In this document: positions 13,404 through 27,120 of the stretch, piece by piece | How positions within the stretch are numbered: the first letter of the stretch is position 1 | How the letters are laid out: the number at the start of each line of letters is the position of its first letter | Assembly (NCBI GenBank): GCA_951406725.2 | Contig: OX597816.1 | Location: forward strand, 28,582,001-28,646,000 | DNA from: Octopus vulgaris | Taxonomy: Eukaryota | Direction: 5' to 3' | Length of the DNA stretch: 64,000 nucleotides | Translations under genes and position numbers: made by a program | The notes under the pieces: generated by a model | What the model saw: the letters and a program-made list of their open reading frames with translations, nothing else | The model's database searches: none | What the model was told of the DNA's origin: nothing

Positions 13404-13456
13404 GTGTTTGTATCTATACGTACATACATATGTGTGCGTGCGTGGAAGGACAAAGA

Positions 13457-13498
<42 letters not shown>

Positions 13499-13505
13499 TA
13501 CATAC

Positions 13506-13581
<76 letters not shown>

Positions 13582-13639
13582 GCACTCAAGCGTACAAACG
13601 AACAAAAAGGAACGCAGTGTGATTAACTGACAGTCAAAA

Positions 13640-13830
13640 CTATTGAAAAGGTTGCAAGACGCAACGAAAATCTTAGAAGAATAAAGAAGGAAATAAGTGG
13701 AAATTTTACCGGTGATTGTGTTACGTTATAAGGCACTAAAGGAAAATGACTGTCCCCAAACACAAAAGTATATGCTTCAACATATGGACTCACGTAAGAA
13801 TCTTGCAAACCAAATCCCAAAACGAAATAT
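13640..13830 (+). repeat. Dispersed repeat also forming the inverted arms at 51894-52017 / 52715-52903
   Basis: ttgcaagacgcaacgaaaat..aaattttaccggtga..atatgcttcaaca..aagaatcttgcaaac. Confidence 0.8.
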
Positions 13831-13849
13831 ATATGTATGCATGTATATG

Positions 13850-13900
<51 letters not shown>

Positions 13901-13985
13901 TTTCGCCATGGGCTCTTAGGAACTTAGTTCGATTTGTTTTTGCTCCGCCTCTGTTCTGTTTTTGTTTTTCCAACGGATTTCCTAT

Positions 13986-14074
13986 TTTCTTCCTGAAGAG
14001 AAAGACACAATATGGTCCCATTATTCCATCGGATTTTGGTAATTTGTGCCTTTCGAAACACGTGTAGAATGAAA
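13986..14074 (+). ncRNA. Type-I hammerhead ribozyme (intact core)
   Basis: tttc-ttc CTGAAGA(13993-13999) gaaag.cacaa..ttgtg.ctttc GAAA(14055-14058) cacgt GTA gaa-t-gaaa; stem III is the palindrome ACACGTGT; predicted cut after 14066. Confidence 0.85.
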
Positions 14075-14131
14075 TAAAACGATTTCTGTTCAATCTGCGT
14101 TCAGCTCCATTTCTTCAATTCACCAATAATG

Positions 14132-14163
<32 letters not shown>

Positions 14164-14654
14164 TTCTAATATAAGGATAACATGTTTTCAAAATAAATTT
14201 TACCAGTGGCCAGTATATTAAAATATAAACAATTATAAATAAGGGCAAAAGAAAAATTATTGGCGTAGAATCTTTTCTTTTGTTAACTATTTATAGTACA
14301 CACACACATACACACAAACTAACGCACACACACACATACATACACACACACATATATATAATTCAAAAAGAGTTATTGGTTGTGAATCCAACCAACTAAG
14401 GGATACAATATATATCCAATATACTGCTGGTAGTACACCCAATTATTAATATACACATGTGTTAGTTATTCCGTAGCAACACACTTTTGAGGATTGGGTG
14501 AGCATAAATAGTGGTTTACCCTTAATTTATACGGCAAAATGAAAATGGAAGGTACACAGAAATACTATACATCAACTGTTAGACATTATATTATGTTTAT
14601 TTATTTATTTTAAACAATTATGAGAGTATATATGCATATGTAAAGACTGTGTAT

Positions 14655-14705
<51 letters not shown>

Positions 14706-14707
<2 letters not shown>

Positions 14708-15005
14708 AATACTAAAAATGGGACAAGAACGCAAAGCATCCAGACAGATGATACAAAAAAGGAACAACAAAACATACAAACAGATGATACAAAAAAAACC
14801 CAAAAAAACAACAACGGATCATTCCACGTTTTCTTTCTTCAGTCGAGTTCCAGGTTATCTTTGCAATTTCGGCTGGTTATGCTCGATGTTTCTCCAATCT
14901 GGCCAGCCCAACGAAGAACTAAGTTAAGAGAACTAGATTCCTTGGAAGAAAGCAGCGAAGGGCAGATTGGAGCAATCTCGCGTATAACCAGCCGAAATTG
15001 CAAAG
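14706..15005. repeat. Dispersed element with inverted repeat 14859-14904 / 14960-15005; relative at 43990-44190
   Basis: ctttgcaatttcggctggttat..ctccaatctg vs cagattggag..ataaccagccgaaattgcaaag. Confidence 0.7.
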
Positions 15006-17569
15006 GTTTGAGATGCAGCATCATTTAACAAAGTGGGTTGGGATATTTCAGTATTGCAAAAGCTAAATTTTCATATTTTCATTATGCAAGTTTAACTGTG
15101 CGGTATATGTTATTTAGAGAGTGTTTCAATGTAAGGAGGAAAATGTGTTCTTTTAAAAACAATAAATATTTACATTATTTATGCTCCACTTCGGACACCT
15201 AATGATGAATACTTCTAGTGTCTCTAACTTGTTATAATTATTTAAGCAGTATTTTCTCTGTCATTATTTAGGTAAGAATGCTGCCTTATTTTTGAGTGTA
15301 CATAAGTGTATATTTCTACTATCTTAAATTATAGGGAGTATGAATATGGAGTTGTCTTAGCGACGCCACATGTTTTAAAACAACGCACCATTCACAACGA
15401 AGGTGAGCATAACAGATTGTATTTTTTCTTGACGGCGCGTTAAAATATTTAGCAGGTTGCTTATATTCATTTTCCATTCTCTTTTTTTCTTCTTCTTCTA
15501 AATAGGGAAAACTATAACCGAATGTTTTCTAGTCCTAACAACTCCGCGTTTTCTAGTTAGAGTAAGTTACGATTTGAGATATATTTGAAAGTTATCAAAA
15601 GCAGGTTGAGCAACAACGTCTTTAAAGTGATGCTGATTATGATGATGATTTTCATGTTAAAGATACTCCATATTCTCTTTGGTGAGTAGAGTAGACGATA
15701 GTATGATGCTTATGGCAAAACAAATTTACTCAAAGTTATAACCCTTGGGTCAGGCTCCGAAAGCTTTACGGAAATGCTTGAATAACATAACTCTGAATAT
15801 TCCTTTATATATAATTATAAATATGGTATAAAATCAGAAGCCATAGTCTTGTGACGTCAACCTGAAGGGCCATTGCAATCTTATTTTCTTTTAGTTCTCA
15901 TTGGTGATCTTCGGTGAATGTATGGAATTTTATGTAAGATTAATATTTCCTTTTGTCTCACATATGTTCAATGAAAATCGCTCACCTGGTCTCCTTGTAC
16001 ATTACATATTTGATTATGTTTCTAGAACTAAGATGCAAATATGAATGACATGTAATTGACATTTACTGAAAGAGGCATTATGTGTTTCGTATAGACGGAT
16101 GAGTAGTCACCATGAAACTATCCTAGATACAAAAACAAAGAAATAGAGGGATAGAAGTCATCCAGGAGACTGAGATCTAACCCGAACGCTTACAACACGT
16201 TGGATTAGGTTGAATGTGTCAGAGAGTCAGGTGGTTATGCGTTAATTACCCAAGTACTTAAAAGTCTACTTACCTTAAGTACCAAAGAACTAAAACTCTC
16301 CTTCTAAGGAGATTTCGACATACATTCTATCTACCTAAAATGGCACATAATACTTAAGTAAACTGGCGTCTGTCATAGAATATCTTTGATTGACGTGTCA
16401 CACGAAAGAATTGAATCCTAAATGAGGTTGTAATGGTGTAAATTTTTTTAATCACACATCTATGCATGTATCTGCAGATCAAAATAGCATCATAACCAAC
16501 AGTTTGGGAAGCTTGTATTATCGATATATTTTATGTAGTTCAACCATAAAATTTTTTACTCGCTAAAGTGCTAAGCTCAAAGTATTTATAAGTTACCTTC
16601 CAGACTGTATTTTCAGATTATTTAGAAATCATCTGATAGACAGATAAACTGAATTAAGTGAACAGACTTTGAGTACTATTTTGTTCAAGTTATATATTTA
16701 TGCATCGATCTGCTCAAATCACATCTATTTATTGAACAAATCCATCCTAGAGCTAATTCTAAAATTTATAAGTTCACAGTTGCTAAGGCGTTGGAATTCT
16801 TACTTCTTGTGAAAAAAACGTCGCCATAATCCATCACTCATGTACACAGGCGTGGAAATACTTGTTTCAGTTTAAATATTCACGAATCTCTTTTTGTTGT
16901 GGAATGGTCTTTTTCAGCAATTTTCCCAAAGAAAAAGAAAAATCTCGAGTTAAAATGCAGCCTCTACGCATTTCGTGACACGTTCGAAATATCAGCTAGA
17001 TTTCCCTCAGATGATATCTTGGCGTCTTATGAAGGAATATCGTTGTAAATAATAACATTGGGCGAAGAAAAAAGAAAGAAAAGAGATGGTTTGTTTAGGA
17101 GATGAATGCCTTTTATCATGTACTGCTCAATCAATGCTGACTTCAGAAAAAGAGAAAAAAATAAAAGAGAAAAGAATCGAAATAGAAAAGATGGAATATC
17201 TAGAATAACCTTCTCTTAGTATATTTATCTTCTAAACGAAACCATATAATGTTTACGAGACAAAGCGCGAACAAATACACTAACAATAATAGCAGTATCT
17301 ATAATATTCTACGATTATTGATCGCGATAAAATAGCCAGAATCTCAAAATAAACAAAAAGATGAAATACAAGACGATATACGACCAGAAGCGTATTTTGA
17401 CGCTTTCTTTGTCGTTTATAGGAACGATGCTATGAAACTGATTCGATACTGAACACAACAGAAATTTAAAATGGACTTTATTGTGAAGGTCATTTTGTGT
17501 GTGTGCATGTGTGTGCATGTGACTGTATGTTGGTGTGTGTGCGCGGGTATGTGTGTGTGCATGTACGTG

Positions 17570-17638
<69 letters not shown>

Positions 17639-18337
17639 TTATATAACTTCATCTTACAATCGGAGAATCTTATGCATAAATTTTATTTCCCTCCTTTCAC
17701 AGGAATATTTTAAAATCAACATAATGCATCTACATGTATAAATATTTTGTGTCACTATATATAGATTCATTATTAATAATTCCTTTTTGTAGTAGGTTAC
17801 AAGACCACCTAGATACAGGCAAATACGCAGCATAAATACAACTGCAAACACTATACACTGACATACCTTCACCCATACTGCATACAGGAATTCAACTGAG
17901 ATAGAATTTGAAATATATTTGTCTCAGTTGCTTGTACAAATCTATATTCGGTCAGTTGTTATGCCTCTGTTGCTAAAGTAAGTTGGTTGGTGACGACATA
18001 AGAAAATAGGTGCAGACGTATTGAAGGTGCCATGTACCGTGGTTGCAGTTGAAGTTGGAGATGTGTTTAACGTCTGAAGCAACAATGATGTAAAAGCAGT
18101 GATAATATTAGCCAGTGCTAATGTTCCGCTGTTTAGTGGAGGTTTTATAAAAGCTGGTGCATCAGATCTGAACGGTAGTTACCTTAACTCTTCTATATAT
18201 AAAAGTAAAATATGACTTTACTTTCATGGGTGGATGAATAAAATCTAACCACTTATTATTTTACACGCACTCATGCACACACACACACACACGCACACAC
18301 AAACACATACATACACAAACACAAGCACACACTACAA

Positions 18338-18373
<36 letters not shown>

Positions 18374-18475
18374 TACTTGAAACCATGAAACCGTAAAATG
18401 TTTAAGAGACAAACCGCGAACACACCAACAATAAAAGCCGCCTCTCTCTCTCTTTTGTATATATGTATGAATACG

Positions 18476-18604
<129 letters not shown>

Positions 18605-18640
18605 GTATCTATCTATCTATCTATCTATATATATATATAT

Positions 18641-18680
<40 letters not shown>

Positions 18681-19052
18681 ACATGTGTGTTTATATATTT
18701 TTCCATGTGCATATATGTATATATATATATAAGCATATATACACACATGCATATGTGTGTATATATATTTTCGCTCGTCTGTATATATGTATATACATAC
18801 ACAAGCACACATACATATATGCATATTTAATTTTCATTCGAATTGTGGTAGTGAACAGCTAGTTGATGTACGGCAAAATATATTGACAGCTTAATGTATG
18901 CGATGATATAAAAATAACTGAAAGGCGAATATAAAAGTATGACTGAACGTGTCTTCAACATTCGTGCTACGTCCTCTCCGTAGTGCATTCAGTTTTAATT
19001 AAAGAACGCAGAGAGCAATAAAAATGATTTGAGGAAATGTGAAAATGTGTAT

Positions 19053-19092
<40 letters not shown>

Positions 19093-19944
19093 GTAGGTAT
19101 ATATATCTTGATATATATATATTTATATATATGTGCATGTATGTATACTTTATGTGAGTGGCTGTTGCTGTTGCAATGCTTTTGTTCCTCTTCCAGAGTC
19201 TGTTAGGAACAGATAACATTATTTCACTGTATTTAATAGTATTGATGACGTTCTTTTAATTACAATTAACTATTGTTTGAATCCATAATCCGCACTGCAT
19301 GTATAGATATACATGTATAAATATATACATACAAATATATTTACAAGTGTGGGTTTGTGTGTGTGTATGTGTGTGTGTGTTTGTGTGTGCACGTGTAGGT
19401 GTGTGTGTTTGTGTGTCCGTACATATCTGTATACGTATATATGTATATTTGGTCGCTTTAGAAGGTATAAGCAAAACTACATCGGATTAAAAATGTGTGA
19501 TATAAAGTGAAATACATGCATTCATACAAATGCACCTACACACACACACGTAACCACGCTCCTATTTGGAAGGAAATGTGATTGTTGCCGCTTTTATGGA
19601 GTAATACGTTTCTATTGTTGCCTTCTGGTTTCCAGGTAATCAGAATGTCATTTTTTTTTTAATGTCATGTCGGATTTTGGTAAAATGTTTGATTCTTAAG
19701 GGTATCATCGTATCTCATTTACAATTGTTACCAGTTGATACTTAGCAATTGGTCTAGGCTCTTTGTAAACTGGGATGATTTTAGTAAAACAAGTGAACAA
19801 AAATAAATCTATTATTCATATTATACGTATATTATAACGTCGTTTATCGCATACAGATCACAAGATGTATACATGCATACATACATACCTATACATACAC
19901 GCACACATACAGACACACACACACGCACATATATATATCAATAA

Positions 19945-20377
19945 TAATAAAAGAACAAAATTAATTAATTAATTAATCAATTAATTAATAATTAATAATT
20001 TTACCAAGTAGTTCAGTACGTTAAAATAACCTTTTTAGGTAAAATTATACATGTATTCTATAATTATAAACATAATTATAATCAGGGGTCAGCTAATTGC
20101 TTCACCCCGCACCGAATTTAAAAATAGGAGTTAAAATGTTTTTTCCTGCTACTGCAAAGATCTCCCAGAGAGTAACCCACTTTTTTACTTAAGCAAAAAG
20201 AAAAAAAATAACGAATCCACAAGACTCAGATTAGCTAAATACGCGTTTCGAGTAAAAAAAAAATGTGTTACGGTTGGGGAGACCTTTTTGGTAGCAGAAA
20301 AGGCATGTTAACTCCAAAATTCGGTGCGTGGCGAAGCAATTAACTGACCCCTGATTATAATTATGTTTATATTTATA

Positions 20378-20382
<5 letters not shown>
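19945..20382. repeat. Fold-back element, arms 20054-20190 / 20249-20382
   Basis: cataattataatcaggggtcag.taattgcttc..cgcaccgaattt and its reverse complement; remnant ttactcGAAAcgcGTA on the minus strand at 20240-20255. Confidence 0.8.
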
Positions 20383-20421
<39 letters not shown>

Positions 20422-20505
20422 AAAGTTTACGAAAAAAACAAAAGACGAAGACAGGTGGTGTACAAAACAAACAGATGTATTAGTATAACGTTCAGGAATA
20501 GAAAA

Positions 20506-20552
20506 GTGTCTTTTTACGTTTCGAGCCTACGCTCTTCTACAGAAAGGGACAC
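20506..20552 (-). ncRNA. Minimal hammerhead-like motif with A6U core variant, inside a ~190-bp repeat-like segment (20418-20608)
   Basis: gtgtc-cc-ttt CTGTAGA a gagc-gtag-gctc GAAA C GTA aaa-a-gacac. Confidence 0.6.
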
Positions 20553-20820
20553 AGAAAAAACAAGGAGAGAAAAAAATGTGTGTAGTGGCTAACGATCTAT
20601 CATGGCGATAGTGAGGGATCATCAATCCGCCCCTAATACTCCTACTAGTAATACTACTACGACTCATACTACTACTGCTACTTCTGCTTAATACCACTCC
20701 CTCAATTGCTACCAGTCTTTGTAACTTGCCTTTCAACTTTTCTATTTAAACACCCCAATCTGCCCACAATTTCGCGATTCAATACCCATTCTTAAAGTGT
20801 TCTAATAATCTCCAGCAATG

Positions 20821-20914
20821 GCTCTGACGAAGGTATAATTAGGTTTCTTAGGTATTTCAATTTACCTCAATTTAGTAAACCTACATATAATGACTACTAG
20901 AAACAGGTGTAAGC
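20821..20914 (+). ncRNA. Type-I hammerhead ribozyme with long stem II
   Basis: gct CTGACGA(20824-20830) a ggta..taggttt..aaaccta..tact a GAAA(20900-20903) caggt GTA agc. Confidence 0.65.
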
Positions 20915-21009
20915 AAAATCTACTATAATAACTGAATCTTATGTAATGACCATTATTTTAACTTGTATATATATATATATATATACACACACACGCACAT
21001 ATATACGTG

Positions 21010-21045
<36 letters not shown>

Positions 21046-21584
21046 CTTTTATTTTTGTCTGAATGTGTGTGTGTATGTGTGTGCACAAATACATAAATGA
21101 CGTATATGAGAGATTTAATATTTAGATGTCGTAAAGCCTCAGTGAGTTTACATAATAATTAAATTGCAAACGCACCATTTTTATATTCTTGTTATGTGGT
21201 AAAATGAATGGCTTCTACTGATGAAACGTTTGATACGTTGTAGAATCTTAGAGAAGATGTACTTCTATTCACTATTCAATCAGAAACAAACATCAGCTGC
21301 TTATAAATCATATATGACTCAAGGTGACACTTTGGTAGGTAGCATAATTTAGATATCTATGCTTCTGGCGGATGGTTATAAATTTAACATTGTCTACTCA
21401 TGTGCAACGCTGCGTCAGTAATATGAAGCTTAATTGAGACTGAAATACTGATGTGTAGATTAAAGAAATGCATCCTCCTGACGAACTAGTTGATTGGTCG
21501 TTGAACGCTGTCGTCAGAGTGCCTGTTCTTCAATATAATTAAAAGTGTGTTTGAAGAATATTTGCCATCAATACTCGAGCACAA

Positions 21585-22100
21585 GCTCATTGTACCAGCA
21601 ATGTTCCAAATTCTTTTAATTTCGCTATGCTTTCATTCCATGGATTGAAGCAATCATCGAGGTAACTTTTCCAAGTCGCTTGTATGTTTAAAGAAAAAGT
21701 TTCCACATTTTCGCTGTGATCTTTGGTGCACCGAATATCCAAAGGACACATAAAAAGACACGCAAATGGGGAGATTGTTTTCGCCGTGGCGATGTCCAAG
21801 ATTTTATTGAAAATGTTGCCGTTGAACATAAAATTCTTGTTCTCTACTATAAATTCTTACCCTTATATCACGACATTTTTATGCACTAAGTCGGTTCACC
21901 TGTATAATTATCCAACCATAATTTAATGGCCTCAATTCCTAAGTTGTGTGATTGTATTCGGAAGTTGGTTTTCCTTATTTAACTTATTCCGTTTGAAACT
22001 TTTGACGTCCTTGAGGATTGGCTTGGGAAGGATATCTGAAATTTACTCGGACAGTAAGATTCGCATTCTTGACTAGCTATTATTGGTGATAATTTCAGAT
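21585..22100 (-). mobile_element. Penelope-like element reverse transcriptase fragment (pseudogenic)
   Basis: DLKLSPIIAS..DILPKPILKDVKS; HNLGIEAIKLWLD; NFMFNGNIFNKILDIATAKTISPFACLFM; WKSYLDDCFNPW. Confidence 0.8.
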
Positions 22101-22113
22101 CATTTGTGAAGGG

Positions 22114-22163
<50 letters not shown>

Positions 22164-23174
22164 TTGTGGGTCCTCTGCATAATTCATTGCATAGTTAATA
22201 TACTTTCGTTAACCTTTAGTATTTAGAGTTTCGTTTACAGCTAAATGTTGTGATATAGACATATTTATTCTCGCTTACTCCTTCCCGTAAAAAAACTTGT
22301 GAGCTCCTTGAAAGAGCGATTTAACTTCAATTTTATTTCAATATATATTCCCTTTTATTTCAGCATATCTATATCGTCTTTTTAAGCGACTGAAATTGGA
22401 GAACATCATAACATATATAATTTTAAAAAATACATCTTTTAAAATCTAAATCACCGGAGACTTCATTCGTCAAAACTAAAATTAAATTGATATCTATAAT
22501 TAGTAATACACTCCTTTTCTGTTTACTAAAATAGCTCAGTCGTGTTATTAGCGGATTTGTAGTGGTATTTGTTTAGTTGTTTGTTAGTTTTTCGATTGAT
22601 ACATAAGAAATACAGATTGTTACAACCTAAAACTAAAATATTGTACACCCCATATTAGAATGTACAGTTATGCATAGAATACTGGACATCTCGATATTGA
22701 GTGGATGTAGGTTTCTATGCAGTGTTAGGCAGCCCTCAAGTCTGCAAATATCAATATTGTTGAGTTGCACGTACACCGGTTATTAAATTTTTAAGAGTAC
22801 ACATACACATCCCCCACAAACACACTCTCCCACGCACATGCACATATATACACATACACACGTAAACACAGGCAAATATAACCATGCCACACACACATAT
22901 ACTCTCACATTCACCCACCCATACACGTACCAGTGCACACACATTTGTTTATATTTTTTCCGATTCTGTTTTTATAATTTCAATTATTACTATAGAAAAG
23001 GTTTCTGTTTTCAATCACCATATTCTGAAAATCTCTTATTTTCAGGTTTTTGTATTCTGTTATTTTCTCCATTTATATGAGATGTCTGAAAATTAATATA
23101 TCGATTAGGTTAGCATTTTCCTGATGATGTTTTATATTAACGTCAAGGCTATATATCGTAATTTAAATGTCTAA

Positions 23175-23760
23175 GTGAACCAGCATTTCTCAGAGTGTGA
23201 TCATATTGACTTTATGTATAGACTCCAAATTAGTGGTATTCTTTGTAAATTATGAAGCCCCTCACCCCTTCATGTATAGAATTTCTTTTGTCTAAAACTT
23301 GGTATCTATTACAACAGTTATTCATTTTCATTATAACCTTCATATATTCTATAGTTTTATTTTGAATTCTACAGCAGGGTGTATACTTTGTAGTTTCTGG
23401 CATGCGGGCTTTTGCTTTGTGGTGTTAAATAGATATTATGTTTCAGCTTCTACTTATTGAGTCTCAAGTTGTTTCTCAGTATCCAAATCCACTTGGTCGA
23501 TAGACATGTAGGAGCCTTTCTTGGCCACATATTAGTTTAGCAGCTAATATTCTCAGTTTAATCACTAGTTTGTAGATTCCTCACTACTTCCACTAAATCT
23601 TCCATATGAAAATATAATAGAAAGGTCTCTACGACATAGCTGCTTCTCGGAAGATTCAAAACAGTCTTCCTTTGGTCACTTTTTTGCACCCAATATATTT
23701 GTCTGCTTTTATGTTATAGTCTAATATGGGATATTCCAAAATAGCTTTCTAGTAGCCTAA
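23175..23760 (-). mobile_element. Highly degraded R4/Dong LINE fragment
   Basis: EAET*YLF..PQSKSPHARNYKV resembles Dong KAETEG..AAQDQSL.TRNY; many frameshifts. Confidence 0.45.
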
Positions 23761-24134
23761 GGTCTACATCAATATGTGCTGAGGATAAAAAAAGATAGAT
23801 TTTCTTCTGATATCGGGTGTGTTCAATCTATATTATATTATTGATGTCGATTTCATTTCTCACATTGATAATTTATTGACAATCTAGTATAAATGTTATT
23901 AAAATGACTTATTAGAAAAATGTTTATGTTAACTACTATTATTACAATGATATTGTTACCTTCTCTTCGTTGTTATTAATTTTGCCTCTTCATCATTGTT
24001 GTTGATTTTGTTATTGCAACCATAGTTTTCAATGGTGGCGTTTTCCAAAGTTTATTTTTTGTCTTTTTCTTACGGGTTTGCTTTATGAGTACAAAATATT
24101 TTGGTGCATTTTATCAATTTTGGATGTCGTAGGT

Positions 24135-24278
24135 TGCAACTGTTACTTATTTTATCTACTCTGAAGGCATGAAAGCGAAATTCTACTTTGGCGGAATTTG
24201 AACTCAGTACATGAAGACATACGAAATGCCCCGAAGTATTTTGACCGCAACGGTAACGTTCTTCCAGCTCGCCGCCTC
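24135..24278 (-). mobile_element. Degraded SINE S2
   Basis: ggcggaatttgaactcag..cgaaatgcc..ccagctcgccgcct. Confidence 0.75.
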
Positions 24279-25344
24279 ATGTATAGATAAATATTAAGTA
24301 TATATCGGATTCCTAATAAAGAAAAGTTTTGCCTTCTTGCTTAATTAATGATAAATGTTACACATCTCTCAACAAAAACATTTTCAATTTGTCCACGCAC
24401 GAGGAAACGACGTATGCAAAGATTTGCTAGGCAGTGCAGCTACTTTATATAGCTGCGCTAATATTTATATCATAAAACATGGGGATGACACAAAACGACC
24501 GTTGTTACAATATGCATAGCAGGTGAGCTACGAAACTTTTGATAGCCCTTCCTGAAACTGAACATTTTGGGAACCATACTTACTTGTTAGGGCAGGGACA
24601 CAATGCAATATTACGAGTGATGTAGATTAGAAAGCGCATCTCTTGCACATGTGTCAATAAAATATACTTAAGATCATTCTGATACTGTGGAGAAAAACAG
24701 AAGTTTAGCAACGAAGTACTCTACCATGTGTTTTTTTTTTCCAGTACACCGCCAGTAACACTACAGGTTAGAGCTGCGAAAGTAGTGTAAGAAATGTCAG
24801 GAATCAAGACCAACCCCTTCCTTTGCTTCGACGAAGAAATGTAGCCTTGTAAGGATGAGAAAATGGAGAATAAGTGAGCTTTCCTCTTTCTGTGGGACAG
24901 TGGAAGAAAAGTAACATGAATAGATAAACAGCTGAATAATATAATCTATTAACATTAAATGGAACCTAAACGCAACTCATGCGATGGAGAGCACATTTCC
25001 ATTTGGAACTGCATACAGGTCACAGTTCTTCAGGTAGGGGACAAAGAACTGAGGAACGAATTCACAGAGCAACAGGAATATGGAAGCAAAACATAATGTA
25101 GGATTATATGAGAAAAGAGGAGCAAGCAGCTGATAGATTATTATTAAGAACCAATATAGTGCCTCTTACATGCGGAGACTCCTGACCTGGTCACGGGCAT
25201 ATTGGAGGCGATAAATCAGGGTGCCCTGATAAAATATGATTGGAAGGTACCCATCCTTGTGTGGATTAGCAACCACAATTTTTGTTCTCTGTATCTGTAC
25301 TCTTATTTGTTTACATGTATCCACTATATATAAATTGTAAATTC

Positions 25345-25525
25345 CTCTTCTCCTCTGGAAGCCATCTACTCGCGATACCAGAGGGCGCACACTCTCCTAC
25401 CCTGATGTAATCTCCAGGGATACAGGCATCCAAACAGGACCTCCGTAATGCTATGATGGACCGTAAAGTCTGGCGTGGCATAGTAAATTCCATTGTCTCG
25501 ACCACGGTTGAACAATGATAATGAC
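25345..25525 (+). mobile_element. RTE/RTEX-type LINE 3' end
   Basis: LLLWKPSTRDTRGRTLSYPDVISRDTGIQ..DLRNAMMDRKVWRGIV, followed by an atgataatga tail. Confidence 0.75.
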
Positions 25526-25693
25526 ATAAAAATACATAGTCTAATTCCCTAATGTTTATATTTGTAACAGTTAACAATGGAAAGCCGTACTCTGCCTCTC
25601 GGTTTTGTACCGTATCATATTTGTATGGTGAAATGCTTTGATAAAACATCCAATACAAGGCTCCTTTCCCCCTTTCCTCTCTCGTCTTCCTGA

Positions 25694-25734
<41 letters not shown>

Positions 25735-26257
25735 CACACACACGTATGTATATATAATTGAAGGTTTTGGGTCATAAATCATCACTATGTTTCTCTACTT
25801 ATTTCCGACTTCCCAAACAATTCACAGTAGTCCTCTTATGTTCTCTCCTGCTAGACAAACTGCCTATAAACGTCTGTTTCTTTCCTGTTTGTAAACGCTC
25901 TTTCATATGTATGTATTGCATTTTACTTTTAATTATTCTGTTTTTCCCGTATAATATCCATTGATCTTTTTTGTTTGACATAGAAACTTTACTTCACGCT
26001 CCGCAACACAGGCACTTTAGGCCTATAATTTTCAAGCGTCCTGATTATGCTGTAATTGGTGGTCCATCATCCCCAATCTCTATGGTATCTACAGTTTATT
26101 GACATTGCTTCCTAGTTATAAAGGAACCTGTATTTTAAACTCTGTTTAACTATTCATTTTTCAACCTTTGAAGAGAGACTTCAGAATATCTAAACTATAG
26201 CTTCTGTTTCTTTGTTGTTATCGCAATAATGATTTTGCATAAACACACACACACATG

Positions 26258-26333
<76 letters not shown>

Positions 26334-26704
26334 TATGTATATATACTTCATTTTCGCTTTAATCTTGTTACATACGCAATATTGTCACAGAAGCTCATAT
26401 TTACAGCCCTCACCGCTCCATAATAATATTATTACGCACTCTCTGTAATGAGTACTTGTTATTTTCACGCAATGCAGAAAAAGGGAATTTCAAGTCGGTC
26501 GACTGATTTAATAGAAATAGCTACGATACACTCTGAAATTAGAGCGTGTCTCAACTGAATGGGAGTACTCGTAGATAGGAAAGTATTGAGAATAGATCTT
26601 CTGAATCAGAGTCACTCATACAGGTTCAATGTTTAATGCAGATTATCTTTGGATATAGAAAACTACGATAATCTTCATTTTCAGGGCATTATATTTCACT
26701 ATTA

Positions 26705-27120
26705 GGCGGTAAGCTGGCAGAAACTTCAGCACGCCGGGCGAAATGCTTAGCCGCTACGTTCTGAGTTCACATTCCGCCGATTTCAACTTTGCCTTTCATC
26801 CTTTCGGGGGCGATAAATCAAGTATCAGTTATGCACTGTGGTTGATGTAATCGACTTAATCCTTTTGTCTGTCGCTGTTTGTCCCCTGTATGTTTAGCCC
26901 CCTGTGGGCAATAAAGAAATAATAAACGTCAGCACGCCGGGCGAAATGCTTAGCGGTATTTCGATTCTCGTTACGGTCTGAGTTCAAATTTCGCCGAGGT
27001 GGACTTTGCCTTTCAACCTTTCGGGATCGAGAAATTAAGTACCAGTTGCGTACTGGAGTCGATCTAATCGACCGGCTCACTCCACCAATATTTCGAGCCT
27101 TGTGCCTAGAGCAGAAAATA
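26705..27120 (+). mobile_element. Two head-to-tail SINE S2 copies (26705-26921 and 26924-27120) with different tails
   Basis: Both have gcacgccgggcgaaatgcttagc..ctgagttca..ctttgcctttca.cctttcggg. Confidence 0.9.

Noticed and set aside
21212-21245. ttcta CTGATGA aacgt-ttgat-acgtt g tagaa
   Set aside because: Stems I and II are present but GAAA and the cleavage triplet are missing; at best a deleted relic.
21475-21520. CTGACGA on both strands in a small hairpin
   Set aside because: No GAAA or stem II geometry.
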